This document shows, one piece after another, positions 39,418 through 48,708 of a stretch of DNA of 64,000 nt; within the stretch, counting starts at the first letter, position 1, and every line of letters begins with the position of its first letter. Below the pieces are notes generated by a model. It was not told the DNA's origin and made no database searches. It was given only the letters and a program-made list of their open reading frames with translations. A program made the position numbers and the translations under genes. This DNA comes from Candidatus Zixiibacteriota bacterium (lineage in GTDB: Bacteria > Zixibacteria > MSB-5A5 > UBA10806), in assembly GCA_024641335.1 (NCBI GenBank), contig JAHEDG010000005.1, positions 27,779 to 91,778 of the forward strand, in the 5' to 3' direction.

Positions 39418-41150
39418 AATGGCAGCTCGATTGTCAACCAGCCATGCAAATTATCCGACGAGCCAATTCCGATATCTCCGCCGTAATGCTGAAGTATCTC
39501 CAGAGCTACGGCCATCTCCTGCGATCTTAAATCTCCGTGTCCATCTCTAAGCACTCTATAGAACATTTCGGCAAATTCCCGGTAATTATCACCTCCGCCG
39601 ATAAATATTATAGCCGAGTCGAGACGTTTCTTTATCTCCATGGCGACTTTTTCGATACCGCCGACAATTCGCGCCGATTCACGCAAAATCACCATCATGG
39701 CTTCGTAAAACAATCCCTGATCCACAAATATCCTCGCGCCCAGAATCTCGATATCTTCCGTAACAGAGGGAAATCCGTCCGTTTCCGAGTTCACCATCAT
39801 ACCCAGAGCTTCTTTTACCAAATCGGTAAGAACAAATTTGTCTTCTTTCTTTTCGCTAAGTGATACGATACTGGAAAAACGGTCGAGTGTCTGCTCGATT
39901 CGCGAGGATTGTTTGGAAATTATTTCCAGCGCCGCGTAAGCAGGATCGTCCGAACTCGATTTACGCAACTGAGCGTTGGCATAACCACCGATTATGGTCA
40001 GGGGATTACGAACCTGGTGAGCTACATCGAGCGCCATCTTGGAAATACTCGATAATTTTTCTGCCCTGATCAGGTTTTCACGTGATCTGATAATCTGCCT
40101 GTTGGCTTCTTTGAGACTGAAGATTTGCCTTCGTAGTTTTCCGTATAGCCGGGAATTCTCAATAGCGTCTGAAGCGTACCTGGCGAAAATCTCCAGAAAT
40201 TTGACGTCCGTAGGCGAAATAGGTTTTCTGGTGACCATATTATCAGCGACTATCACTCCCAAACGTGATTCCATCGAGATAAACGGAACTACTGCCAATT
40301 CATCAACACCGAATTTCCTTCGAAGTTCAGGATCATTCCCCTCCAGCATCATATCCGGTCCGACTATAATAGATTTCTTTTCGAGGATCGCCCTCGACAG
40401 AAAATTGCTCCCCCCCGCTATGGGGATCTGAAGCGATACCACCAGCTTATTAACATAACCGTCATGAATTTTGGGATCGGCTTTATAGAGCCGCAATACT
40501 TCCTCTAACGGCAACGGTCTGGCCGAAAGGCTTTGCCAGATAGCTCCGGCGTCTTCACTGGATGATGGCCCCGTAGCCAGACAGCCATGTAATAATGTCT
40601 CGGAATCATCGGCCAAGAATATAAATCCCCTGTTGAATCCCAGGCCTGATCCGGAGGTCACCGCCAGCAGGACTATTCTCAGTATATCGGTCAGATTCTT
40701 CGTTTCTGAAAATGCCCTGACAGCCTGGTTAATTATATCCAGATCCCTTATTTTTGCCTGCAGCTTTTCAGAAATCTCCTTTTCGACGCACGTTTCGGAT
40801 ATAACGCAATTTATCGAATCATCCCCCTGCTCTCCTGATGGGAAACAAAGCAGATTGAACGCGCAAAAGAGGCCGCTGTTGGAACGCCGCTGGAATTGAA
40901 ATGACGACGATTCTCCGGCGAAAGATCTGTCCAGAGCCGCCCTGAGACCCGGGTCTTGCAGGGGCAGAAGTTCAGCCGAATTAATATCATCCGACCGCCT
41001 GGGAGCCCAGTCGGGTATCAAGCCATACCAGCTGAGCTTTTTAATCCTATGATCTTTTGTCAGGGTAAAATACGCTGCCAGCCGATCTATCGATTCGGAT
41101 GTTTCTTCCTGTTCAGTCGATGAAATCATAATACTACGGCCATCTGTCAA
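39402..41150 (-). CDS. PAS-like/GAF/HisKA protein with a degenerate HATPase domain
   Basis: GAF (GLGFNRGFIFL...VIVADN...AIENSRLY); H-box VAHQVRNPL; N, G1 and G2 boxes not conserved. Confidence 0.82.
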   Translation of the reverse strand: MTDGRSIMISSTEQEETSESIDRLAAYFTLTKDHRIKKLSWYGLIPDWAPRRSDDINSAELLPLQDPGLRAALDRSFAGESSSFQFQRRSNSGLFCAFNLLCFPSGEQGDDSINCVISETCVEKEISEKLQAKIRDLDIINQAVRAFSETKNLTDILRIVLLAVTSGSGLGFNRGFIFLADDSETLLHGCLATGPSSSEDAGAIWQSLSARPLPLEEVLRLYKADPKIHDGYVNKLVVSLQIPIAGGSNFLSRAILEKKSIIVGPDMMLEGNDPELRRKFGVDELAVVPFISMESRLGVIVADNMVTRKPISPTDVKFLEIFARYASDAIENSRLYGKLRRQIFSLKEANRQIIRSRENLIRAEKLSSISKMALDVAHQVRNPLTIIGGYANAQLRKSSSDDPAYAALEIISKQSSRIEQTLDRFSSIVSLSEKKEDKFVLTDLVKEALGMMVNSETDGFPSVTEDIEILGARIFVDQGLFYEAMMVILRESARIVGGIEKVAMEIKKRLDSAIIFIGGGDNYREFAEMFYRVLRDGHGDLRSQEMAVALEILQHYGGDIGIGSSDNLHGWLTIELPLCKEE

Positions 41151-41177
41151 TTCCCGATATGCGATACGCGCCGACCG

Positions 41178-42029
41178 TTACTCGCCAACTTTCAGTGTAA
41201 ATCTTCTTTCGGATCTGGCGGACGGTGAAACAAATTGCTGAGCGATCGACAAAATATTCGAGGCTTCTTTATCAATGGCTTTAAGACGTCGCAATACCGA
41301 GCTATTGGAATTCTTCATGGTCATGAGTAGAAACTGAGCGTTGCCGGCGATAATCGCCAGAGGATTGCTGATCTGCTGATTGAGCGTATCGGCCAGGTTA
41401 CCGCCTGCCTTGATCTGTTCCATTTTGCTCATCTCAATATGGGTATTTTTCAATTTTTCATTCAAGCTGTGAATTTCATCCTTGAATTCGGATTCGTATT
41501 TGGTGTTGGCTATCCTTTCAGCCAGAAGCTCCATCAAAGTGGCCACGATAGCCACCAGTTCGACATCACGTTCGGTAAACGAGTCGGGTTCGTCATGGGC
41601 TAAGTTAATCACCCCGGTTATTTCACCCCCGAACAGCATCGGAACGGAAAGAAACGATTTTGTATGAGAACCGGCCCTGGATTTCCTCAAATTATTCAGC
41701 ACAATAGGCCGTTTTTTTTGAGCCACCCAGGCAGAGATTCCGAAACCCATATCGAATTCGACAAAATCAATAAGATCCACCGTCCGCCCGATAGTGCAAA
41801 TCTCTTCGAGCTTGCCGCTTATTTTGGAATTCAAAAAAAGCGAAGCGGAGCGGAAATCCACCATTTTCCCAAGGTGCTTTAAGATCCCTTCAAATGAGTC
41901 ATCCGTTGCAGGCGAGCTTTGTATCTCGCCCGATATTTCACAAAGCAATTTCAGTTCGTTTTCGAAGCCTGTCATTCCGGATCTTTCTAAAGTTCGAGGC
42001 ACTATTCCCTCCGTAGTTTCAACCGCCAT
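41178..42029 (-). CDS. GAF domain plus His-less HisKA-like domain, no ATPase domain
   Basis: GAF (GISAWVA..KRP, SFLSVPM..G.I.GVINL...F...D); LNQQISNPLAIIAGNAQ has Q at the His position; the protein ends after the DHp. Confidence 0.82.
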   Translation of the reverse strand: MAVETTEGIVPRTLERSGMTGFENELKLLCEISGEIQSSPATDDSFEGILKHLGKMVDFRSASLFLNSKISGKLEEICTIGRTVDLIDFVEFDMGFGISAWVAQKKRPIVLNNLRKSRAGSHTKSFLSVPMLFGGEITGVINLAHDEPDSFTERDVELVAIVATLMELLAERIANTKYESEFKDEIHSLNEKLKNTHIEMSKMEQIKAGGNLADTLNQQISNPLAIIAGNAQFLLMTMKNSNSSVLRRLKAIDKEASNILSIAQQFVSPSARSERRFTLKVGE

Positions 42030-42042
42030 ATTTTCAAAGTAC

Positions 42043-42516
42043 TTATTTGCAGTCTTCTATTTTTAGAACTTCCTTCAACGCCTTGATCATCGAGCTCATC
42101 CTGAACGGTTTTTTGAAAACTTCCGTGACACTGAAAGGTTTTATGGAATCCAATCTTCTCGATCCTTTGGCGATTGTGGCAAAAACAGGCAAACCGGGCA
42201 TCATCGTTCTTATTATCCTGATAACCTCCGGCCCGAAGCACTCCGACTCGGACAGGTTGATTATCGCGGCGTCATGCCGCCCTGTAAGAGCTTCTGTTAT
42301 GGCCATTTTGCCGTCTTCCACCGTAACCACCTCGAATTTCGATTTGTTCTTTAACGAGTATTTTATCAATCTTCGTACGAATTCGTTATCGTCTCCGACC
42401 AGAATCCTCTTTCCGGAAAACGCCGGCAATTCGTCGGGATTGTCATGTTCGTAAGCAATTTTTATTTCATGTTGGCCATCAGATACCCGGCCAGTTTCTC
42501 CGCTAATTTCCTGCAT
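42043..42516 (-). CDS. Pseudo-receiver domain protein
   Basis: RILVGDDN...DAAIINLSE (phospho-Asp replaced by Asn)...FKKPF. Confidence 0.8.
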   Translation of the reverse strand: MQEISGETGRVSDGQHEIKIAYEHDNPDELPAFSGKRILVGDDNEFVRRLIKYSLKNKSKFEVVTVEDGKMAITEALTGRHDAAIINLSESECFGPEVIRIIRTMMPGLPVFATIAKGSRRLDSIKPFSVTEVFKKPFRMSSMIKALKEVLKIEDCK

Positions 42517-43019
42517 GTTTTCTCTTCGGTCATCAGTCGTTCGGTTTGACTTGGGTACAAATCGGCGTCGTATTTATCGTTGAAGATATACTGGGCGCGC
42601 ACGCCTCCGGATGCATTCATCTTAAACAGCTTTGCCGGCTGACCATCGGCCGCCGACGGGATTTCCACATACGATTCCAGCTGATAATTTCTGGAATACC
42701 GGTTCAATATATATGGAATGGAAAAGGCCCTTTTAGTTTCCCACAAATTACGAGTAATTACGATATTTACGATATATTCCCCGGCCAACGGTTTATCGTC
42801 CGGGCCATTCAGGAGTCTGAACCTGCCGGGAAAACTGGCCAGACGCAGCTCTCTTTCCAAAGCCTCGGCCAAACGGTTCGAGGGATATTCGGCGACTTCG
42901 TTCAGGGATGTTATGGTTAATGCCAGATTGTCGGTTGGAATTTTCGAGCCCCAGGCAGAAATTCCGGGAATTCCTAAAAGCAATAACGATACAACTACTA
43001 CCCGGGACACTCTACTCAT
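42462..43019 (-). CDS. Hypothetical exported protein
   Basis: Signal-peptide-like N-terminus (RVSRVVVVSLLLLGIPGISAWG); coupled to both neighbours by overlaps. Confidence 0.7.
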   Translation of the reverse strand: MSRVSRVVVVSLLLLGIPGISAWGSKIPTDNLALTITSLNEVAEYPSNRLAEALERELRLASFPGRFRLLNGPDDKPLAGEYIVNIVITRNLWETKRAFSIPYILNRYSRNYQLESYVEIPSAADGQPAKLFKMNASGGVRAQYIFNDKYDADLYPSQTERLMTEEKTCRKLAEKLAGYLMANMK

Positions 43020-43761
43020 GATCCCCGCCGCCTTGTTTCCTGGATTCCACCTGCTGTTTGTAAATATACTGTACTACCAACTTTTGAAGGTTCTCGTCGA
43101 ATGTGCCGCTTCCTTCAGGTAGAAACTCGCCCAGCCTCTCGAGATTATATTTCGAGCTGTTAGCCTCATTTATGAATTCAGCCCCGACCAAAGACTTGCC
43201 GTCATCCAGAGATTCCACCCTCTTCACCACCGAAAGGATATTTTTCAGGGTATGATTGTCTCGCAGCCTTAAATTGACTACCAGGAGACTGCCCTCTTTA
43301 TGCTTTTCCCCGGACTCGAACAGGATTCCTCCGGCGGAAATATTAAGAAGATCACCTTTAGCCTCGGCGCTCAAAGCCCCGGTCATGTTTTGAGGATCAT
43401 CCAATATCCTGAAACTGATTTTACCCGAAATATCCAGCCTGACAAATTGCCGCCTCTGAACACGTTCCGTCTCGCTTATCTTTTCCAGTTCGGCAGAACT
43501 GCCCTCGCCAATAAACAAATCCTTTATGCTGGCCTTAAAAGTGTAGGCGGCGTCATGCTTATTATAGCTAACGTCCACTACGTCTCCTTTTGAAAGGTTA
43601 GTATTTCCACTCTGCTTTATGGGCATTTCGATGACGTATGAGCGCCTTTTTATATTTTCGATCCTGCTGAGATATTCCCCGGCCTGACCGCCACGGGTCA
43701 CCCGGATGGCTATTTTATCCCAGAGGGAGATCGTATCTTTTTTAGTAGTATATTTCTTCAT
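43012..43761 (-). CDS. PilZ-domain flagellar brake (YcgR/MotI-like)
   Basis: N-terminal YcgR-like domain (Y.SRI); c-di-GMP motifs QRRQFVR (RxxxR) and NISAGG. Confidence 0.9.
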   Translation of the reverse strand: MKKYTTKKDTISLWDKIAIRVTRGGQAGEYLSRIENIKRRSYVIEMPIKQSGNTNLSKGDVVDVSYNKHDAAYTFKASIKDLFIGEGSSAELEKISETERVQRRQFVRLDISGKISFRILDDPQNMTGALSAEAKGDLLNISAGGILFESGEKHKEGSLLVVNLRLRDNHTLKNILSVVKRVESLDDGKSLVGAEFINEANSSKYNLERLGEFLPEGSGTFDENLQKLVVQYIYKQQVESRKQGGGDHE

Positions 43762-44939
43762 TATGCATTGACTTTATCAGATTTCTTAATCAGGCGGTTT
43801 TGTTCCAGCGACATCTCCAGGATCTTCTTGGCGTTGGCATAAAGTGACTTGTCGCCTTTGCTCCTGGTCATCATATCCTGCGATTGCCGAGTAGTAATTT
43901 TAAAATACTCATTGGCCTTTTCGAAGTCTCCGACTCTACGGGCGAGTTCGGCTATCATATAAGACGCCTGAAGCTGCTGCAGCCCGGGTTTGATCTCTCG
44001 GCTGTTCTGGTAGGCTTTCAGATAGTTTTCTAAAGCTAAAACCAAAGCCTCAGATTCGACGACCGGGATATCTGTCCATATTTCTCTGGCCTTGTACAAA
44101 AACTCCCTGAAACTCGGGAATTCGACGAAACCGTCCTGCGCCACCATAGCGCTCTTTTGAGCCAATACTTCCTTTTTCACATTATTGAATTGAGCCTGGA
44201 GATTTAAAATATCTTTTTGCATCGAACTCCAGACATTGTGCACGCTTTCTATCGCGGGAATCAGCTTGGTCGAGATCCCGGCCGTGGAGTTAATATTAAC
44301 CGTCGGCTTGAAATCGGCCGAAATCATCTGGTGAAGCGACGGCAGGTTAGAGCCGAAATCCTCGACGTTCTTCTTTAGCCTGTCGATCTCCAACTGAATC
44401 TTACTCAACATCAGCTGCGCCGGATCGGAGGATTCTTCGCCGACATTCATGTCGCGATAGATCCAGGCAATTCTCAGATAGAATCGGGCGATATCAAGGG
44501 CGGTCGGACGGTCCAAAAGCAACTCGTCATAAATGGCTAAAAGCAGTTTGATTACGGCCGATTCGCTCGGAAATAATTCGTTGCTGATATGCGAGCCCAG
44601 GAATTTAATTATACCGTTATCTATCGCGTTGGCTTCCTGATGTTTGGCTTTCTGGCCTGGAAGTTTATAAGATTTGAAATTACTGTTATTCTGCCATTCT
44701 TTATACGTTGAATTCAATTCCCGCGAATAATAGCAGGAATTGCAGGTAGCTGTAAAATAAAGAAGAGGGTTATATTTTTGATAAACGGGATTGGCCCAGG
44801 CTCTGCCGGTTGGGGCGAAATCAGTGTCCCGACCCGATTCGGTATAGGCTCCCTGCTTGATTACCTCGAATACATTAAGATTCCCGCATATCGGACATTC
44901 GAGCTTGATGTTGAAAAAGGGTCTATTATCCGCGGACAT
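43761..44939 (-). CDS. DUF2225-like protein (CxxC pairs, helical repeats, coiled-coil insert)
   Basis: ECPICG, DTDF.P, NPLLY...CNSCYY, YLRIAWIYR, YMIAELARRVG. Confidence 0.8.
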   Translation of the reverse strand: MSADNRPFFNIKLECPICGNLNVFEVIKQGAYTESGRDTDFAPTGRAWANPVYQKYNPLLYFTATCNSCYYSRELNSTYKEWQNNSNFKSYKLPGQKAKHQEANAIDNGIIKFLGSHISNELFPSESAVIKLLLAIYDELLLDRPTALDIARFYLRIAWIYRDMNVGEESSDPAQLMLSKIQLEIDRLKKNVEDFGSNLPSLHQMISADFKPTVNINSTAGISTKLIPAIESVHNVWSSMQKDILNLQAQFNNVKKEVLAQKSAMVAQDGFVEFPSFREFLYKAREIWTDIPVVESEALVLALENYLKAYQNSREIKPGLQQLQASYMIAELARRVGDFEKANEYFKITTRQSQDMMTRSKGDKSLYANAKKILEMSLEQNRLIKKSDKVNA

Positions 44940-44972
44940 TTTTGGCCTTTCATTTCATGGTTTACAATAATT

Positions 44973-44999
44973 CTATCGGCAATACCGATTTTTCCTGAA
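44973..44999 (-). promoter_or_regulatory. Probable sigma28 promoter of the DUF2225-PilZ-signalling cassette
   Basis: TTCAG-N14-GCCGATAG: strong -10, imperfect -35. Confidence 0.6.
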
Positions 45000-45005
45000 G
45001 GCCGT

Positions 45006-45404
45006 TTATAAGCTTTCCGCGACTTCCGCTATTTCCGCGCTCCGTCTGGCCGTAGCCAATAGAATTCCCATCTCCGATTGTGAATAGCCGTACTCTCTGC
45101 CAACCTCCTCCGGCGATTCTCCCATCTGAAGCATTTGCAAAGCTCCGGCGATCCGGTTTTCGACCGTGGCCTCCGGTTGGGGCTGTTCCTTTTCGGTCTG
45201 GGGAAGATCCGTCGCGATTTCTCGTTCCTCCAGCATTGTTAGCCTGCTTAGAAGATCGGAATAATCCCGTTCGGGCTGCTGAACGCGTTGATTATCTTGT
45301 TGACTACTTTTTGCCTTCGAGTCACGCATATAAGCCCGCAGCAAAATTGCCATCACTGCCAGATTCGCCAATGACACTATCGATGTTACTATCGTGGAAA
45401 ACAT
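45006..45404 (-). CDS. Hypothetical single-pass membrane protein with a C-terminal HTH-like segment
   Basis: N-terminal hydrophobic helix; ALQMLQMGESPEEVGREYGYSQSEMGIL resembles flagellar DUF2802/DUF6115-type proteins. Confidence 0.7.
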   Translation of the reverse strand: MFSTIVTSIVSLANLAVMAILLRAYMRDSKAKSSQQDNQRVQQPERDYSDLLSRLTMLEEREIATDLPQTEKEQPQPEATVENRIAGALQMLQMGESPEEVGREYGYSQSEMGILLATARRSAEIAEVAESL

Positions 45405-45417
45405 TGCTCCTCCTGTA

Positions 45418-45747
45418 TCAGGCCAGAAAATCTACGCTCTTGCCCTTAATATTATCGGGCGGGGACGTTTGCTGGCCGTTAGTCTTGTCCTTTTCATCAT
45501 CTTCTTCTAATTCGTCGTTTTCATCCTCTGCCGCGGTTTCTTCTTCCTCTTCGTCCTTGTGCAGAATGATTTCGTCTTTTTCGTTTTTCCGTTTTTTCTT
45601 TTTCTTCTCTTCGGCGATTTTCCTGTCTAGCTCGGCCACAAATTGCTTTTTTGTGGCCTCCCCGGTGCTGCCTTTCTTGGTATGCCGAACCTCTCTTATC
45701 GGTTCGCTTCGGGCCAGGTCGTTGTTCATTTCCACCCGTTCAATCAT
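45418..45747 (-). CDS. Hypothetical highly charged protein
   Basis: Lys run then Glu/Asp run; SD GGAG upstream; ends KGKSVDFLA. Confidence 0.65.
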   Translation of the reverse strand: MIERVEMNNDLARSEPIREVRHTKKGSTGEATKKQFVAELDRKIAEEKKKKKRKNEKDEIILHKDEEEEETAAEDENDELEEDDEKDKTNGQQTSPPDNIKGKSVDFLA

Positions 45748-45777
45748 GGGCCGCTCCAGTTAAAGCGTGATCTTTGT

Positions 45778-46536
45778 CTAAATTGCGAACTTGTCTCTAA
45801 TGGATATCCTCAGACGGGAGACAGCGCGCGTATGAATCTGCGATACCCGGGATTCGGATATCAGCATAATATCACCTATTTCCTTGAGAGTCAGTTCCTC
45901 ATAATAATAGAGAGAGACGACCAAACGTTCCTGCTCGGTCAGTCCGCTGATGGCCTGCATCAGGTACGCCTTCAGCTCTGTTTTTTCCATATCCGCTAAT
46001 ACATCGACCGTAGCCGTATTCTCTACTGTTTCGATTCGCGGCACCTGACGGTTATCGTCTTCGCGGCAAATCATCTCGTCCAGCGAAAGAAGCGATGAAA
46101 AACTCAAGTCTTTCTGGGCGCTGAAAAGCTCCTGAATCGAGATATCCAGAGTGGTGGCGATTTCATGGTTCGACGGACCGCGGCCGAGCTCGTTCTCTAA
46201 CTTGCTTACCGCCCGGTCGATATTTCTTGCCTTGGCCCTGGTGGAACGCGGCACCCAGTCTAAAGCCCGAAGCTCATCAAGGATTGCTCCCCGGATACGC
46301 GGAACGGCGAAAGTTTCGAATTTCACGCCGCGGCCGGGATCGAAATTATTGAAAGCCTCGATCAAACCTATTACCCCTGTGTTAACCAGATCGTTCAAAT
46401 CGACCGATTTGGGAAAAGTAGCCGCCATGCGTCCGGCCACATTTTTAACCAGGGGGAGATAATTGTTGAGGAGCTTATCCCGAACCTCGGAATCATTTGT
46501 TTCTTTGTAGTGTTCCCAGATTGCTGTAATTGCCAT
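45778..46536 (-). CDS. fliA: Flagellar sigma factor sigma28
   Basis: YLPLVK, GVKFETFAVPRIRGAILDELRALDWVPRS, LYYYEELTLKEIG, SESRVSQIH. Confidence 0.97.
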   Translation of the reverse strand: MAITAIWEHYKETNDSEVRDKLLNNYLPLVKNVAGRMAATFPKSVDLNDLVNTGVIGLIEAFNNFDPGRGVKFETFAVPRIRGAILDELRALDWVPRSTRAKARNIDRAVSKLENELGRGPSNHEIATTLDISIQELFSAQKDLSFSSLLSLDEMICREDDNRQVPRIETVENTATVDVLADMEKTELKAYLMQAISGLTEQERLVVSLYYYEELTLKEIGDIMLISESRVSQIHTRAVSRLRISIRDKFAI

Positions 46537-46575
46537 TTTTTATCCCGCCTCTTGGTTTTATCTTTATCCTATTAT

Positions 46576-47361
46576 TTATCGTCCTGCGGAGCCGGAAATT
46601 GGAAGTAGTTCTATGCCGGTTTCAGGATCTGTTTCACTATGCAACACCCCGGACCTGTTCAAACTGATATTTTTCACGAATGAGATGAATTCGGCGGCGT
46701 TATTATCGATAACGAACTCTTCATATTCCCGCTCTGTTCGACGATACGTGTAACCGCCGTTGCCGACCTTCATCCCGAGAAATTGCCCCGTCAGAATATC
46801 AAACCTCTCCTTGAATGAAAGAGCGTGCTCCGGAGAATTGACAAACCCGAATACGGCTTTGACCCGTTCGGCCAGACCCTCCAAAGCCAGCGATTTCAAC
46901 AGACAGTATGACGATGCCACCGCGGAAGCTTCCGGTTTAATCAGAAGGAATATTTCCTCGCACAAATCGGCGGCGGCCATGGCCAGCGGATGATTCCCCG
47001 CCGGTGGATCGATAACCATGACCCCATACTTCCGTCCAAGACCGTGAATACTCCTGACCAGATTTTCAAGATCCCTGCGTCCGGGGTTGAGAACATCCGG
47101 AGGATTACAGGTTAAAAGATCGAATCCCATACCGGTATTTGTCACCAGTTCCTCGAGTCCGTTGTCGGCCTGGAAAATCTGATGGTAATCCGGAATGGCG
47201 CCACCGACTATATTCAATCCGCCGGTCCCGAAACAGAAATCGATCAATAACGTTTTCTGTCCGTAACGGGCCATGCTGATGGCGCTTCCCAAAGCGGAAG
47301 CGGTTCTGCCTGAACCCCCGGCGCCAGAAAGGAATACGATACCTTTAGCCGTTTCGGTCAT
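46576..47361 (-). CDS. flhG: FlhG/FleN (MinD-like) protein with degenerate ATPase motifs
   Basis: Between flhF and fliA; SGAGGSGRT, LLIDFCFG, VIDPPAG, PE..A...Y.LLK. Confidence 0.75.
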   Translation of the reverse strand: MTETAKGIVFLSGAGGSGRTASALGSAISMARYGQKTLLIDFCFGTGGLNIVGGAIPDYHQIFQADNGLEELVTNTGMGFDLLTCNPPDVLNPGRRDLENLVRSIHGLGRKYGVMVIDPPAGNHPLAMAAADLCEEIFLLIKPEASAVASSYCLLKSLALEGLAERVKAVFGFVNSPEHALSFKERFDILTGQFLGMKVGNGGYTYRRTEREYEEFVIDNNAAEFISFVKNISLNRSGVLHSETDPETGIELLPISGSAGR

Positions 47362-47370
47362 CTCTTCGCC

Positions 47371-48708
47371 CTACGCCGTTATCTTCTCTAAGGTCTTGCT
47401 TCTCTCCACAGGCATCAGTGACGCCGTGAATACGCCGGGATTGAACGATTCGAACATGCCCGGCAGCTCTCTCGACGAACTCTGATACGAAAATCTCAGA
47501 CCGCGTTGAATAGCCGACCCGATGATCCCGCCGCGATAAGCGCTCTGATCGAGCTTAGTTACCAGAAGCCTGTCCAGCGACAAATCGGAGTGGTTTTCGA
47601 AAAAGGCGTTGAGATCTCCGGACGATATATCCGCCGGCACAACCAGGTGAACTTCGTGCGGATTGGCCGCGCCTATCATCGCGGTGAGTTCCCCTATCTC
47701 TTTTTGATTGGTGATCCCGCTGGTATCGATTAAGACGACTCCCTCCTTGAAAGTCTTCATTAATACGGCCATTTCCTGCGGGGTCGAGATAGCCGAGAAA
47801 GAACAGCCTATTACATTGGCCAGTGACATCAGCTGTTCATGCGAATCGGCCCGGAATTTATCGGTCGTAATCAGGGATACGCTGCAGTCGTTCTCTAAGC
47901 TGAAATGGAACGCCAGACGGGCGGCCGCGGATGTTTTGCCGCCACCGGTAGGTCCCACCAGCATAATCACCGTCGGACCGCTTTCGGCCAGCTTGATCGG
48001 CTCGCCGGTATTCAGCATGCCGGTAATATTCTTCACTATCTGGGTCCAGCCGGCCTGCCTGTCATTGGAACGGAGATTTTCGACCGGAATATTCTTTATT
48101 ATTTCAAGCGCGATATGCTCGGGCAGATGTTTCTCCACCAGGCCGCGGGCGTAATCCAGCTGGGAACCCAAAGGCTCGCCAAAAAGAGATCTTTCGGCCC
48201 TGTTGGCCAGACTCGAACGTAATTCGTGAATTTCGTTCTTTATTCCGTCGAGAGCGTCGTCGGATAAACCGCTTTCCTCGCGGGGAGCGTCGGCCCGTTC
48301 GAGCTTTTCATGGAGATCCTTCTTCATCTGCAGAATCTCGCTTCTTATCTCTCCGAGAATCTCGCTGGGAAGAGGGCGAGGTTCCATGACCGACCCTGAT
48401 TTTATCGGAGTCTGTTTTTCCGCCTCTATTATTCTGGGAGGAGTTTTCTCCTCGGTCAGACGGTTCTTAATCGGCTGCGGAATCGCGGTTTTTTCGACAA
48501 CCTGGGTTTGGGTGGACGGAATCCTGACCGGCTTGACCGCGTTATTATCGATAGCGGCGGTGACTTCAACCAGCTTCTGGTCCTTCTTCAACGGATTGCT
48601 CGAATTGCTGAAACGGGTCTTCAAAATGACCGCGTCTTCCCCAAAGTCTTTCTTGACCTTGGTCAGAGCTTCGGGCAGGCTCTTGGCGATAAACTTCTTA
48701 ATTACCAT
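47371..48708 (-). CDS. flhF: SRP-family GTPase FlhF
   Basis: KKFIAKSLPEAL..VK...GEDAVIL, VEVTAA, GPTGGGKT, IDTSG, TKLD. Confidence 0.9.
   Translation of the reverse strand: MVIKKFIAKSLPEALTKVKKDFGEDAVILKTRFSNSSNPLKKDQKLVEVTAAIDNNAVKPVRIPSTQTQVVEKTAIPQPIKNRLTEEKTPPRIIEAEKQTPIKSGSVMEPRPLPSEILGEIRSEILQMKKDLHEKLERADAPREESGLSDDALDGIKNEIHELRSSLANRAERSLFGEPLGSQLDYARGLVEKHLPEHIALEIIKNIPVENLRSNDRQAGWTQIVKNITGMLNTGEPIKLAESGPTVIMLVGPTGGGKTSAAARLAFHFSLENDCSVSLITTDKFRADSHEQLMSLANVIGCSFSAISTPQEMAVLMKTFKEGVVLIDTSGITNQKEIGELTAMIGAANPHEVHLVVPADISSGDLNAFFENHSDLSLDRLLVTKLDQSAYRGGIIGSAIQRGLRFSYQSSSRELPGMFESFNPGVFTASLMPVERSKTLEKITA

Noticed and set aside
45490..45615. TTC/TCT-rich repetitive DNA
   Set aside because: Explained by Lys/Glu/Asp codons of the 109-aa protein; not a CRISPR or tandem array.
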